A DNA stretch of 64,000 nucleotides. It comes from Pristiophorus japonicus (taxonomy: Eukaryota). Shown here piece by piece: positions 47,465 through 59,400 of this stretch (its first letter is position 1; each line of letters begins with the position of its first letter). Position numbers and translations under genes: made by a program. The stretch covers positions 11,222,001 to 11,286,000 of the forward strand of contig NC_091980.1 of assembly GCF_044704955.1 (NCBI RefSeq), in the 5' to 3' direction. The notes beneath the pieces are model-generated. The model did not search any database, had not been told where the DNA came from, and saw only the letters and a program-made list of their open reading frames with translations.

Positions 47465-50400
47465 AGCTCTGGTCGCTGTATTATAGGGCAGACGTGATTG
47501 CACAAGAGAGGGTGCAGAGGAGATTTTCTAGGATGCTGCCTGGAATGGGGAATCTTCACCCTGAGGATAGCCTGGGTCTGTTCGCATTGGAACAGAACAG
47601 GTTGAGAGGAGACCTCATTGAGGTATAGAATATTTTGAAGGGCCTGGATATAGTGGATAGCAAGTGCCTATTTCCATTGGTTGAGGGGTCAATTATGTGG
47701 GAGCATCGTTTTAAGGTGGCTGGTGGAAGGTTCAGAGGGGATGTGAGGTCGTGCTTCTTCACGCAGAGGGTTGTGGGGGTCTGGAAGTCACTCCCTTGAA
47801 CGGTGGTGGTTGCAGAAATCCTCACGACCTGCAGGGTTATGGACCTAGAGCTGGTAATTGGGATTAGACTGGATAACCTCTGTTGGCCAGCACAGTTACG
47901 ATGGTAAGTACTGCAGGGAATTGAATACGGCCACGGTGATCTCCTCGACTAGTTCCGATCACCTGGATCGGTCGGAGAAGAATTTTCTCAGATTTATTTC
48001 CCCAATTGCCCTGGGTTTTTATCTGGTTTTTGCCTCTCCCAGGAGATCACATGGCTCTGATTGGGGGTGGAGTGTACAATGTTTCAGTATAAGAGGTGTC
48101 GCAGTGTGGGGTAGATCGGTTGGCTGGGTGCTCTTTACCTTTCCGCCATTGTTCATTGTTCATAGGTTTATATTCAACCTTCAGGGCTGCTGACCAAGAT
48201 CCGTGCGGCTCTTTTTCGGCCGGCATGGACATGATCAGCTGAAATGGCCTCCTTCTGTACTGTAAATTTCTATGTTTCTATAATGACCAGATCATCTGGT
48301 TTTGTTTTGCTGATTGAGGGATAACTCCCCTGCTATTCTTCGAAATGGCGCCACGGGATATTTTACATCAAGCTCAGAGGACAGACTGGGCCTCATTTGA
48401 TTGTCTCATCCCAAAGGCGGCAACACCGATAGTGCAGCAGTCCCTGAGCACTGCACTGGATTGTCAGCTTAGGATGTTTCTATGCTCACGTTAATGGAGT
48501 GGGACTTGAGCCCACAACCGCTGATGCAGTGGTGAGTACGCTACCCACTGAGACACAGCTGAAACAGCCTGCACCCAATGATCAGCAAAGTGATGGAAGG
48601 TGTCGTCGACAGCGCTATCAAGTGGCATGTACTCAGCAATAACCTGCCCAATGATGCTCAATTTGGTTTCTCAATTCAAGAGGTGAGGAGAGAGGAACTG
48701 CCCTTGACATGAAGGTAGCATTTGACCGACTGTGACATCAACAAACCATAGAAACTTTGAAATCAGTCTGACTTTGGGGGAAAACTCTCTGCTGGCTGGA
48801 TTTATACCTAGCACAAAGAAGATGTTTGCAGTTATTGCGGGCTATTCATCTAAATCTCATGACATTGGTGCAGGAGTTCCTCATGACAGTGTCCTGGGCC
48901 CAAGCATATTCAACTGGCTCATCAATGATGTTCCCGCCAACATAAGTTCAGAAGTGGGGTTGTTCACTGATGATTGCAGTTTTCACTTCCAGCTACAAAT
49001 CTTCAGATAATGAAATCATCTTTGCCTGCATGGAGTAAGACCTGGACAGCATTAAGGCTTGTGTTGTCAAGTGGCAAGTAACATTTGTGCCACTCAGGTG
49101 CCAGACAATGCTTCTCTCCCAAAAGAGTGAGTCTAACCACTTAACCTTGATAGTCAATGGCATAACAATAGTCGAATCCCGAACCCTCAGCATCCTGGTA
49201 TTAACACTGACGAGAATCTTAACTGGAACAATCACATCATTAATGTGGCTACAAAAGAAGGTCAGAGGCTACGTATTCTGCAGCGATTGACTCTCTTCTT
49301 GACTCCCCAACGCCTTTCCACAATTCAAAAGGGAGTTAGATGTGGCCGTTATGGCTAAAGGGATCAAGGGGTATGGAGAGAAAGCAGGAATGGGGTACTG
49401 AAGTTGCATGATCAGCCATGATCATATTGAATGGCGGTGCAGGCTCGAAGGGACGAATGCCTACTTCTGCATTTATTTTCTATGTTTCTGTGTTTTTACG
49501 TTTCTCCAAGACACATATCAGGACTGTGAAGAAATACTCTCCAATAGCATGCATGATTGCAGCTCCAACAACATTGAAGAGTCTCCCTCCCATCTAGCAA
49601 GAAACACCCCACTTGATCGCCACTCCAACCACCACCTTAAACTTTCGCTCTCTCCACCACCAGTGCATCGTGGCTGCAAGACCATCAACAAGATTCACGC
49701 CAGCAACTCTCCAATTCGACACCCCATCCAAATCTGCAACTTCTAACATCGAGAAGAAGAAGGGCATCAAACGCATAGGAACACACATATAATTGAAAAG
49801 TAGGGAAATTATATTAAACCTGTATAGAAACTTGGTTGGACCACACTTAGAGTACTGCGTTTACTTCTGGTTGCCTTATTATAGAAAGGGCATAGAGGCA
49901 CTGGAGCGGGTGCAGAAACGATTTCCATATCAGGAAAGGATAAATAGGCTGGGTCTCCTTTTTCTTGAAAAAGAAAGTGAAGAGGTGATCGAATAAAGGT
50001 CTTTAAAATTGTGAAATATTTTGGAGTGGGACATTAAGGGCTTAACAATGCAACTTTCACACTAGCAGCAGCTGCTGATACAATATGTACATGTACAATG
50101 CGGGCATTCTTTAGCTAAGGTAAGTCCCCTGATATAACGTCAGCAGCGCGAGTGCGGGATGTAGCTTACTGTGAAAGGCATAGTTTGCTAGTGCTATGAA
50201 GCTAAAACGGCTTTGAATGTACAAACTACAAACTTCATGCGAATTTTGAACGAACGTACTGCCGACCAAAATAAGTCGAATAACAGTATATAAGTCATGC
50301 CGAAATGTTGTTCAGAGAGAGAGAGGGAGAGACTGGAGGCGCTGGGGAGGCTCAGACGTGGAGACTCCTCTCACGTTAACATGATAAACAGCTTTACTTT

Positions 50401-50977
50401 AAACCAAATCAGACTGTGTTGAATATCTCTGTAACGCTCCACATCAGGTTTTAATAGAGTGGGTACAGAGAGAATTATTCCACTTGTTGACACGAGAATA
50501 TTCGAGGCCATCAATATAAGATAGTCACCAAGAAATCCAATAGGGAATTCGGAAGAAAATTATTTACACAAAGAGTGGTGAGAATGTGGAACTCGCTACC
50601 ATAGGGTGTGGTTGAAGCCAATAGTATAGATGCATTTAAGGCGAGGCTCGGCAAGCATATGAGGAGGAAGGGAATATAGAATTATGCTGATAGATTTAGA
50701 TGAAGAAAGACGGGAGAAGGCTGAAGTTGAGAATAAATGCCGTCATGGACTAGTTGACCGAATGGCCTGTTTTTATGCCGTATATTCTATGTAATCCTAT
50801 GTAAAACACCACCTCAAATTTCCGCTCCACGTCTGACAGAATTATGACTTTGGAAATTATTGCCATTACTTCATCCTGGCTGGGTCAAAATTCTAGAATT
50901 CTATACCTAACAGCACTGTTTGAGTACCTTCTCCACACAGAATGTTGTGTTCAAGAAGACGGCCAACTACCACCTTA

Positions 50978-51590
50978 TCATCATCATCATAGGCAGTCCC
51001 TCGAAGTGACTTGCTTCCACGCCAAAAACGGATGACTTCATAGGTATTTCAATGAAGGACCTAATATTCCAGATCCCAAACTACATCATGAAAGTGGAAG
51101 ATGCCTTTGCTTGGATTTTTCTAACGTGTGGTGGTCGGTGCCTCGAGGATGCTCTTCCCCACAAGTGAATCATTCTCTCTGTGCCAGCCACCGCATGGGC
51201 TTGATAGAGCTAGGTCTTTGTCCAGTGGCAAGGTTTACCCAAGACTAACTGGAGACCAGCTCTGCTGGACACACCGAGCGCGCAAACATTTTGCAAGTGT
51301 GGGCTGGCCCGTGCTGCCCCTGGACCCTCGTTTCTTCTGCGTCCCAGATTTACGCCTCTCGTGGGCCGGGACCATTGGGGGGAGCAGCGTGCGGTGGCCC
51401 GGCCCAGAAATCGGCGCAGTCCCGGCCTGCAAGACCATCAGCAGGCCAGGGCCATTGGAGGGAGGAATGTGCTTCGGCATACCACTGCAGGGAGCAGCGG
51501 GTGCTGCTGCAGGAGGGTGATGGCTATGAAGCCAGGTCACTGATTGCAGTGCGGGCAGGCACAACAGGAGGGGCGAAGAGCGGCAAGATT
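50978..51590 (-). mobile_element. RTE-derived retroposon (paralog of 33512-34114)
   Basis: Colinear and highly similar; (ATG)n tail. Confidence 0.8.
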
Positions 51591-53704
51591 CATCTTCTCA
51601 AGGGCAATTAAGGATCGGCAATAAATGCTGGCGTTGCCAGCGACGCCCACATCCCATGAATGAACAAAAACAACGTTTCCAACTGTGGAAAGTTCAAATC
51701 TTTTTGTTTAATTTTAGAATGTCAAAGATTAAGTGAGCTTCTGTGAAATGCCTCACAATGGTGCTCATAGAACTAAATTCCAACTTAGGGCAGAGACGAA
51801 ACCGAATTTTGACTCAACGAGAACAATTCTGGCAACAAACAGAAACGGAACGAACTGGTACAGAGAAAAATTCGGAGTCCACTAAAGCGATTCCCTGTTG
51901 AATAACGGCAAAGCAAATTGATATATGACTAGAAAATATATTATGGAAGAATGCAAGAATATGATTCATATGTGTTACCTGAGATTGTTTTCATATGTCT
52001 ATGGTTGATTGTTGGCAGATGCCAAGTAGGCTGTGAAATCCTGACAAATGCATGGTCTAAACGATGACAACTAATGCATGACAATCCCATTTAGGAGACC
52101 GACCTCAATGGCATTCCCTGTGCGCTAGCCATTGCCTCCACTTTAAATAGAACACATCATCAGATCTTTACAGAAATGATGAACACCAACGCCGTGGCTA
52201 AGGCCATAGAAGTCGTGTGTTGTGTTGGGAATTTCAGTCTGATTGGAAACTTCACTTCGAGAAAGTCTCCTTATTCCTAAACAACTGGTGACCGATGACT
52301 TAGCTCTCGAAAAGTTACTAATGTATGCCTTTGAAATTAATGGAAATAGAAATCGAGTGAGATGAAAAACGGACTGCCGGCTCGCTATTATCCGTTTTAC
52401 ACGATCGCACAAAGTCAACAATTACCCCATGATATACCGCAATGTAGGCAGTTCACACACTTCAGCATGAGAACCATTCCACTGCTATTATACTCAAACA
52501 TGTAGATAAGTGAGGTATTCAGGATCTACAGAAGACTGAAATTTAGCTTTTGTTAAAAATATTGCAAGGAATTGAAATCTACTACTCTGGGTTGTTGTCA
52601 TTGCAACAATTTAGTGTTTGTTCTTCGCCGTTGTCCGAGAACTTGTTTAGTTTGTTAACATTCGCTGGTTGCTTTCAGCGAATGGTGAAAAGGCATAACG
52701 AAATCTTTTTTATTTGCTTTCACATCTGCTTTGAATATTTCGATCAGCAATTTGTATTACTATATATTTTTCATAGCCAGAGAAAAAATGTAGCATACCA
52801 CTTAGCCCTCTGGTCAATGGACAAAGCCCACCATCACAATCTTTTCTGTTTTGATCAATATTTTTCGAAAGTTGGTAAAATATACGTAAGTCACCAGCGT
52901 AATACTTATGCCGCACGTTGCAATGGACCGAATAAAACACCGAATATAGTCTTTCAATTGGCATGTAAAAAATGTCCTTTGCGCACAATCGCGTCATATT
53001 CGATGTAACTAATGAAATGTATTGTTTTGGCCTTGGATCAGTTTTACAGTTAAAATTCAAGCCTATTGCAAAGTGAAATAAATACTTTAAAACGCTGGTA
53101 TCTTCACTAATGATTGATCCATATTCAGTTCGTCAGTCAAAAGCTTTCGGTAGGTCGGAAGAGAGATACTAGAATGACGAGTTGGGCACCGTGACACGAG
53201 CGAGGAGTGTGGGGGAAGTTGATCGGGTTGATCTGCAGATTAGCGACAAGCAAGTGTCTAATTTGGCATTTTGCTGTTTACGATGCGCCTGAAATGCTAA
53301 TCAGCTGAACTCTTCATCAATGCGTTTAGTGTATGGCTGCACATAGCGACCCGACGAATTCCCAGCTCCAGTGATTGGGGCAGCATTGTAAGACTGAAGA
53401 TAAGCGATATAGGCAGCAGACCGATGCTGCTGCTCGGCGGTGCAGCCATTCATCTATTATACGATGCGCTTCATAGTTTGACTCTTTAAATAGGAAAATA
53501 CATCTGGTACCGATCCGCTGCTGCTGCAATGTACATAATTATGGGGAAGATCAGTATTTCGAATGCATAGCAAAATGTATACTAATTTTAAAAATGAACC
53601 ACATTATTCGATGTGTATCTGAAAATTTCAGTTGCATAATCTTAAATGTAGTGGTCTGTTGTATTACAATATCGAAACAGTGCAGCTTTAAGAAACACGT
53701 TTGG

Positions 53705-53746
53705 TGCAGTTATTGGTTGAGACTCTTTGTGGCGCTGTCTACCAAT
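53705..53746 (+). promoter_or_regulatory. Protocadherin promoter CSE, gene 3
   Basis: 42 nt identical to the gene 2 CSE. Confidence 0.8.
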
Positions 53747-54010
53747 TAGAAGCTGAGACGCTGACAGAGATCTACCCCCTCCCCCATCAGGGAAACACAG
53801 ACTGAAGCGAAGAGAAAGAGAGAGGGACAGCGAGATGCTGTGTCTGCGTTTACGTTGTGCGGCCATGTTCAACAATACAGTTCAGGTTTAATATTTGAAC
53901 TTCTCGATTTAATATCGGCGATCGAATTATATGTGGCTCAATATTGCAGATAATGTAAACGATTTGCGGAGATCGCCATATTTTTACATTAACATCCAGC
54001 AGTCAGAACA

Positions 54011-56404
54011 ATGGCGAGTGTGCTGATGAACGGGGCGTCTTTCATTTTCCTGCTCTGTGTGTCGGACCTGGTTTCGGGACAGATTCGCTACTCGATTCCC
54101 GAGGAGCTGGAGCACGGGGCCTTTGTGGGGAATATCGCTGAGGATTTAAGATTAAACGTTTGGGAATTATCGGCCCGTAAGTTCCGGCTGGTCTCTGGTG
54201 AGAAGAAGCAATACATGGAGGTAAATCTGGAGAATGGGATTTTATTTGTTAATGAAAGAATCGACCGAGAACTGCTCTGCAGACAAAGCTCCACCTGTTC
54301 CCTGTCTTTGCAAGTTGCGCTGGACAATCCTTTGGCGATGCATCGAGTTGTAGTGGAAATATTAGATGTTAATGATAATTCACCGAATTTTTCCCAGGAT
54401 GAATTTTCTCTACACATCAGTGAGAGCAATGCGCCGGGGGCGCGCTTCCATCTTGAGAGCGCACACGACCGGGACGTGGGCACAAACACAATCAGCACTT
54501 ATCAGATCAGTCCAAACGAGCACTTCGGTATTAAAGTGCAAATCAGAAAAGATGGGAGTAAAAGTGCGGAGCTGTTATTAGAGAATACCTTGGACCGTGA
54601 AGAACAGTCAACATTTGATCTTGTACTGACGGCCATTGACGGTGGGATTCCCCACAGATCTGGCACAGCTCGCATTATCATTGCTGTGCTGGACGTCAAT
54701 GACAACGCACCTATATTTAATCACGAAATATACAGGGCGACAGTAGCAGAGAACGCCGCTAAAGGTACTTTAGTTACCAAAATCAACGCTGCTGATTTGG
54801 ATGAAGGCACGAACGCTGATCTAACATATTCTTTCACCAATCATGTTTCACACATGATTCGCGAATTGTTCAAATTGGAAGCGGAAACTGGAGAGATCAG
54901 AGTTGAAGGAAGACTGGATTTTGAAGAATCAAGTGTTTATGAACTTGATGTACAAGCTGTGGACAATGCTTTACCTGCATTGGCAGGACACGCCAAAGTT
55001 ATTGTAGCATTAATTGACGTTAATGATAATTTCCCCGTGGTAGAGGTGACGTCGGTATCCAGCTCGGTCTCTGAAGATTGCGTGCCCGGGACGGTAATAG
55101 CCGTCATTAGTGTCAAAGATTTAGATTCAGGGAAAAATGGACAGGTACAGTGTCAAATTCTCGGGGTTGTTCCATTCAAACTTCAAAAATCTTCAAGGAA
55201 TGAGTATCAATTGGTAACACGCGATATTCTAGATAGGGAAAAAGCCCCACTCTACAACATTTCTATTTCAGCCTGGGACGGCGGGACTCCCCCTCTTTCA
55301 AAAAGTAAAACTATCGTAGTTTCAGTTTCTGATATCAACGACAACGCACCGAGGTTCACGCAATCCTCATATAACGTGTTTCTGATGGAAAATAATAAGC
55401 CAGGTGCTTCTATATTTGCTGTTACCGCTTTAGATATTGATTTGGATCAGAATGGTGACCTTGTCTATTCTATTCCGGAAAATCAGTTACAAGTGGTACC
55501 TGGGTCTGCATACTTCACGATTAACTCCAAAAATGGGAACATTTACGCGCTGCGCTCCTTTGATTATGAACAACTGAAACATTTCCAGATCAAAGTTCAA
55601 GCCCAGGATGCTGGCTCACCCCCACTGAGCAGCATCGCCACCGTGAATGTTATTATCTTGGACCAAAATGACAATGCTCCGGTTATTGTTTCACCTTTAA
55701 CGTGGAACAGTTCAGCATCAGTGGAGATTGTGCCTCAGTCTGTCTATCCAGGATACCTGCTCATCAAGGTAATCGCCGCTGATGCTGATTCCGGTCAGAA
55801 CGCACGGCTTTCCTACCAACTGTTGGAGGCCACTGATCCCAGTCTGTTTACTGTGGGGCTTCTCTCTGGGGATATCAGAGCAACTCGACGATTTAGGCAC
55901 CAAGACATTATTATAGAAAGACTGATCCTCTGTGTGAAGGACAATGGACAACCGAGTCTCTCCAGTACGGCCACAATCTCCTTTTCAATCATTTCCAATG
56001 TTACTGAAAAATCGTCTGAGCGAAGCGACGAACTCTTTCATTCGGAGGATTTTAATTATCTAAATCGTTATTTAATCATTATTTTAGGATCAACTTCGTT
56101 GTTGTTTCTTGTAACTATCATATTTCTGGTCGTCTTGAAGTGTAAACAAGACGGAAATATTGCTGAAGGTGACAGCTGCACAGTCTTTTGTTGCCGACGG
56201 AGGAATTCGAATGCTCCTTCTTATCGGGCATCTGCTCCAAACCAACCATTTAATTATTCCGGTCCTGCCCAGACTGAAGAGTACCGGTATACCGTGTGTT
56301 TATCACCAGAATCATCCAAGAGCGATTTTCTGTTTCTAAAACCCTGTCATCCTACCTTGCCTTTCAATGAAGTGAGTGCACGCGATACCAAAGCGTTGGC
56401 TTAA
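54011..56404 (+). CDS. Clustered protocadherin variable exon 3; spliced exon probably ends at 56371
   Basis: 797-aa ORF colinear with exons 1 and 2. Confidence 0.97.
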   Translation: MASVLMNGASFIFLLCVSDLVSGQIRYSIPEELEHGAFVGNIAEDLRLNVWELSARKFRLVSGEKKQYMEVNLENGILFVNERIDRELLCRQSSTCSLSLQVALDNPLAMHRVVVEILDVNDNSPNFSQDEFSLHISESNAPGARFHLESAHDRDVGTNTISTYQISPNEHFGIKVQIRKDGSKSAELLLENTLDREEQSTFDLVLTAIDGGIPHRSGTARIIIAVLDVNDNAPIFNHEIYRATVAENAAKGTLVTKINAADLDEGTNADLTYSFTNHVSHMIRELFKLEAETGEIRVEGRLDFEESSVYELDVQAVDNALPALAGHAKVIVALIDVNDNFPVVEVTSVSSSVSEDCVPGTVIAVISVKDLDSGKNGQVQCQILGVVPFKLQKSSRNEYQLVTRDILDREKAPLYNISISAWDGGTPPLSKSKTIVVSVSDINDNAPRFTQSSYNVFLMENNKPGASIFAVTALDIDLDQNGDLVYSIPENQLQVVPGSAYFTINSKNGNIYALRSFDYEQLKHFQIKVQAQDAGSPPLSSIATVNVIILDQNDNAPVIVSPLTWNSSASVEIVPQSVYPGYLLIKVIAADADSGQNARLSYQLLEATDPSLFTVGLLSGDIRATRRFRHQDIIIERLILCVKDNGQPSLSSTATISFSIISNVTEKSSERSDELFHSEDFNYLNRYLIIILGSTSLLFLVTIIFLVVLKCKQDGNIAEGDSCTVFCCRRRNSNAPSYRASAPNQPFNYSGPAQTEEYRYTVCLSPESSKSDFLFLKPCHPTLPFNEVSARDTKALA
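56372..56377 (+). promoter_or_regulatory. 5' splice donor of variable exon 3
   Basis: GAA|GTGAGT after codon 787. Confidence 0.8.
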
Positions 56405-59400
56405 TTAGACAGCAACTTTTATGCTGACAGCTAATTCACTCTGCTGAAGAGTTATGTTATGTGATCAATTGGAAAGTAATTTTTGTGTATTTGTGTCAAT
56501 CCTCACACTGCTTGTAGAGGGCTTGATATGGTAAATTTGCTTCATGTCGTTCCTATATGTGGTGGTAAATATTCCTGCCGCTTTCTGACAGACCTGTGTA
56601 GCACACACCCAACCAACCTTAGCATGAAACCTGGCTTCTAATTGTTTCAATTTCTGCTTTGCTGAAGCACATAATCAACATGTCATTTCTCTCTGCGCTG
56701 CTGAGTTGGTGCTGTATCGCATGAGTATTTTATTGATTACCTCACAGCTATGTTATTGCAAGATACAACCGAGTGCACTGGATATGGAAATGGCTGTGGG
56801 CTCTGAAAATATCCTGCTGCCATGTTGCAAACGCATGCTGCTGAAATAGCCACGCATTCAGCCAAACTGTTCAAGTACAGCGACACCACTCTCATCTACA
56901 CAAAAAATGAAAAACTGCCCAGGTTGTCTTTTCAACAAAAAACAGGACAGATCCAATCTAATCAATTATCACCCCATCAGTCGAGAAAGAAAGACATGGA
57001 TTTTTATAGCACCTTTCACAAACACCGGATGTCTCAAAGTGCTTTACTGCCAAAGAGGTACTTCTGGAGTGTAGTCACTGCTGTAATGTGGGAAACTTTC
57101 AGAGACTCCCACGAGGAGCAAAGGGGATTTTAACTGTCCTAATATTGATTGGGACAAATGTAGTGTGAGGGTTATAGAGGGGGCGGAATTCATAAAATGC
57201 ATTCAAGAGGACTTTTTTAGTCAATATGTAACTAGCCCAACACTAGAGGGTGCGATTTTGTATTTAGTTTTGGGGGGCAGGTTGAAGGAATATTATTGGT
57301 AGAGCACTTGGGTGCCAGTGACCATAATTCAGTCAGATTCAAGTTAATTGTGGATAAGGGCAAGGATAGTCATCGAATGAAAGTCCCAAATTGGGGAAAC
57401 GCTAACTTTGCTAAATTGAGGAGTGATTTGGCCACAGTGGTCTGGAAACAGCTACTTTTGGTTAATTCAGTGTAGGAACAATGGGAGCCATTCAAGGAGG
57501 AATTCCAGAAGGCTTAAGCCAAATATGTGTCCTTAAAGAAAAAGGGTGGGAATAACAATTGTTGAAACCCCTGCATGTCTAGGGACTTACAGTGGATGAT
57601 AAAGAAATAAAGCAAGCTTATGTCATTTTCCGATGGCTAAATATGGTAGAATCTTTGGCGGAATATAGAAAGTTAAGAGGTAACATTAAAAAGGATATTC
57701 GGAATGCTACGAGAGAGCATGAAAAATTCTTGGCTAGTAAAATTAAGGACAACGCAAAGATGTACTAAAAATGCATTAAGACCAAGTGGGTAATTATGAA
57801 AGGGTAGGGCCTATTAGAGACCATGTGGGTAATCTTTGTGTGGAGGCGGAAGATGATGGTATGGTTCTTAATGAATACTTTGCATCTGTTTTCACAAAGG
57901 AAAGCGGTAATGCAGATACTGCTATCGAAAGGAGTGCAAAATTCTGGATGAAATAACCATAGTGAGGCAGCAGTTATTAAGCGGTTTAGCAGCTATGAAA
58001 GCAGATAAGTCGCCAGGCCCGGATGAAATGCATCACCGGATACTGAGCGAAGTAAAAGACGAAATTGCTGTGGTTTTGACCATCATCTTCCAGTCCTCTT
58101 TGGAATTGGGTATGGTGCTGAGGACTGGAGGACCGCTAATGTGGTACCCTTGCTTAAGAAGGGAGAAAGGGATAGGTCAAGTAATTACAGGCCTGTCAGC
58201 CTAGCCTCAGTTGCAGGAAAATTATTGGAAAAAATCCTGAAAGACAGGGGAAAATCTACATTTGGAAAGGCAAGGATTAATTTGGGACAGTCAGCACGGA
58301 TTTGTTAAGGGAAGATCATGGTTGCCTAACCTGATTGCATTTTTGGAGGAGGTAACTATGAGGGTCGATGAGGGTAGTGCATATGATTTAGTATATATGG
58401 AATTTAGCAATGCTTTTGATAAGGTCCCACATGGTGGATTGGTCACAAACGTTAAAGCCCATGGGATCCAGGGCAAAGTGGCTAGTTGGATCCAAATTTT
58501 ATTTAGAGGTAGGAAGCAAAGGGTAATGTTTGATGTTTTTTTTGTGACTTGAAGGATGTTTCTAGTGCAGTTCCACAGGACTCAGTACTGGGCCCATTGC
58601 TTTTGCAGGTACATATCAATGATTTAGATTTGAAGATAGGGAGTATGATTAAGAAGATTGCAGATGACAAAAAATTGGCTGTGTGGTTGATAATAAATAG
58701 GAAAGTCATGCAATGCAGGAGCATACCAATGTAATGGTTATGTGGGCAGAGCAGTGGCAAAAGGAATTTACTTGGGAGAAGTATAATGTAATGTACATTG
58801 GGAGGGCTAATAAGGAAAGGATATACATATTAAGCAGTAGGCCACTTAATAGTGTAGATGTATAAAGACACCTTGAACTGTTTGTTCACAGAAAGTAGCA
58901 GGCCAATTGGATTAGGTGGTTAAGAAGGCATATGGAATGCTTGCTTTTATTGACCGATGCATAGAATACAAGAGCAGGGCAGTTATGCTTAAATTGTATA
59001 ATACTCTGGTTAGGCCACAGTTGGAGTACTGCATGCAATTCTGGTCACTGTATTATAGTATGGACGTCATTACACAAAGGAGGATATTTACTAGGATGGT
59101 GCCTGGAATGGAGAATATTCGCTATGATGACAGATTGTATAGGCTGCCTCTGTTCGCAAAGGAACAGAGGAAGTTGAGAGGAGACCTCATTGAGGTGTAC
59201 AGAATTTTGAGGGGCCTGGATATAGTGGATAGCAAGGGCCTATTTCCATTGGTGGAGGGGTAAGTTACGAGGGGGAATAGTCTTAAGGTGGTTGGTGAAA
59301 GGTTCTGAGTGGATTCGAGGGCGTGCTTCAGTACGCAGAGAGTTGTGGGCGTCTAGAATTCATTTCCTGGAAGGTTGGTGGATGCAGAAATCCTCACCAC

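Larger units (their letters stand above)
41865..48283 (+). mobile_element. CR1 'A' copy, interrupted at 43802-47464
   Basis: ORFs 42053..42319 and 42391..42897; resumes at 47465 in register with spacer A position ~29999. Confidence 0.85.
40905..51670 (+). mobile_element. Family-B LINE with nested DeuSINE, CR1s and RTE element (spacer B)
   Basis: Same order as 27110-34195: SINE tail ~41750-41850, SINE head ~48284-48562, CR1 3' end 49324-49500, CR1 ~49770-50800. Confidence 0.8.
38940..54010 (+). repeat. Intergenic spacer copy B
   Basis: Colinear with spacer A, plus a private 3.66-kb CR1 insertion. Confidence 0.95.
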
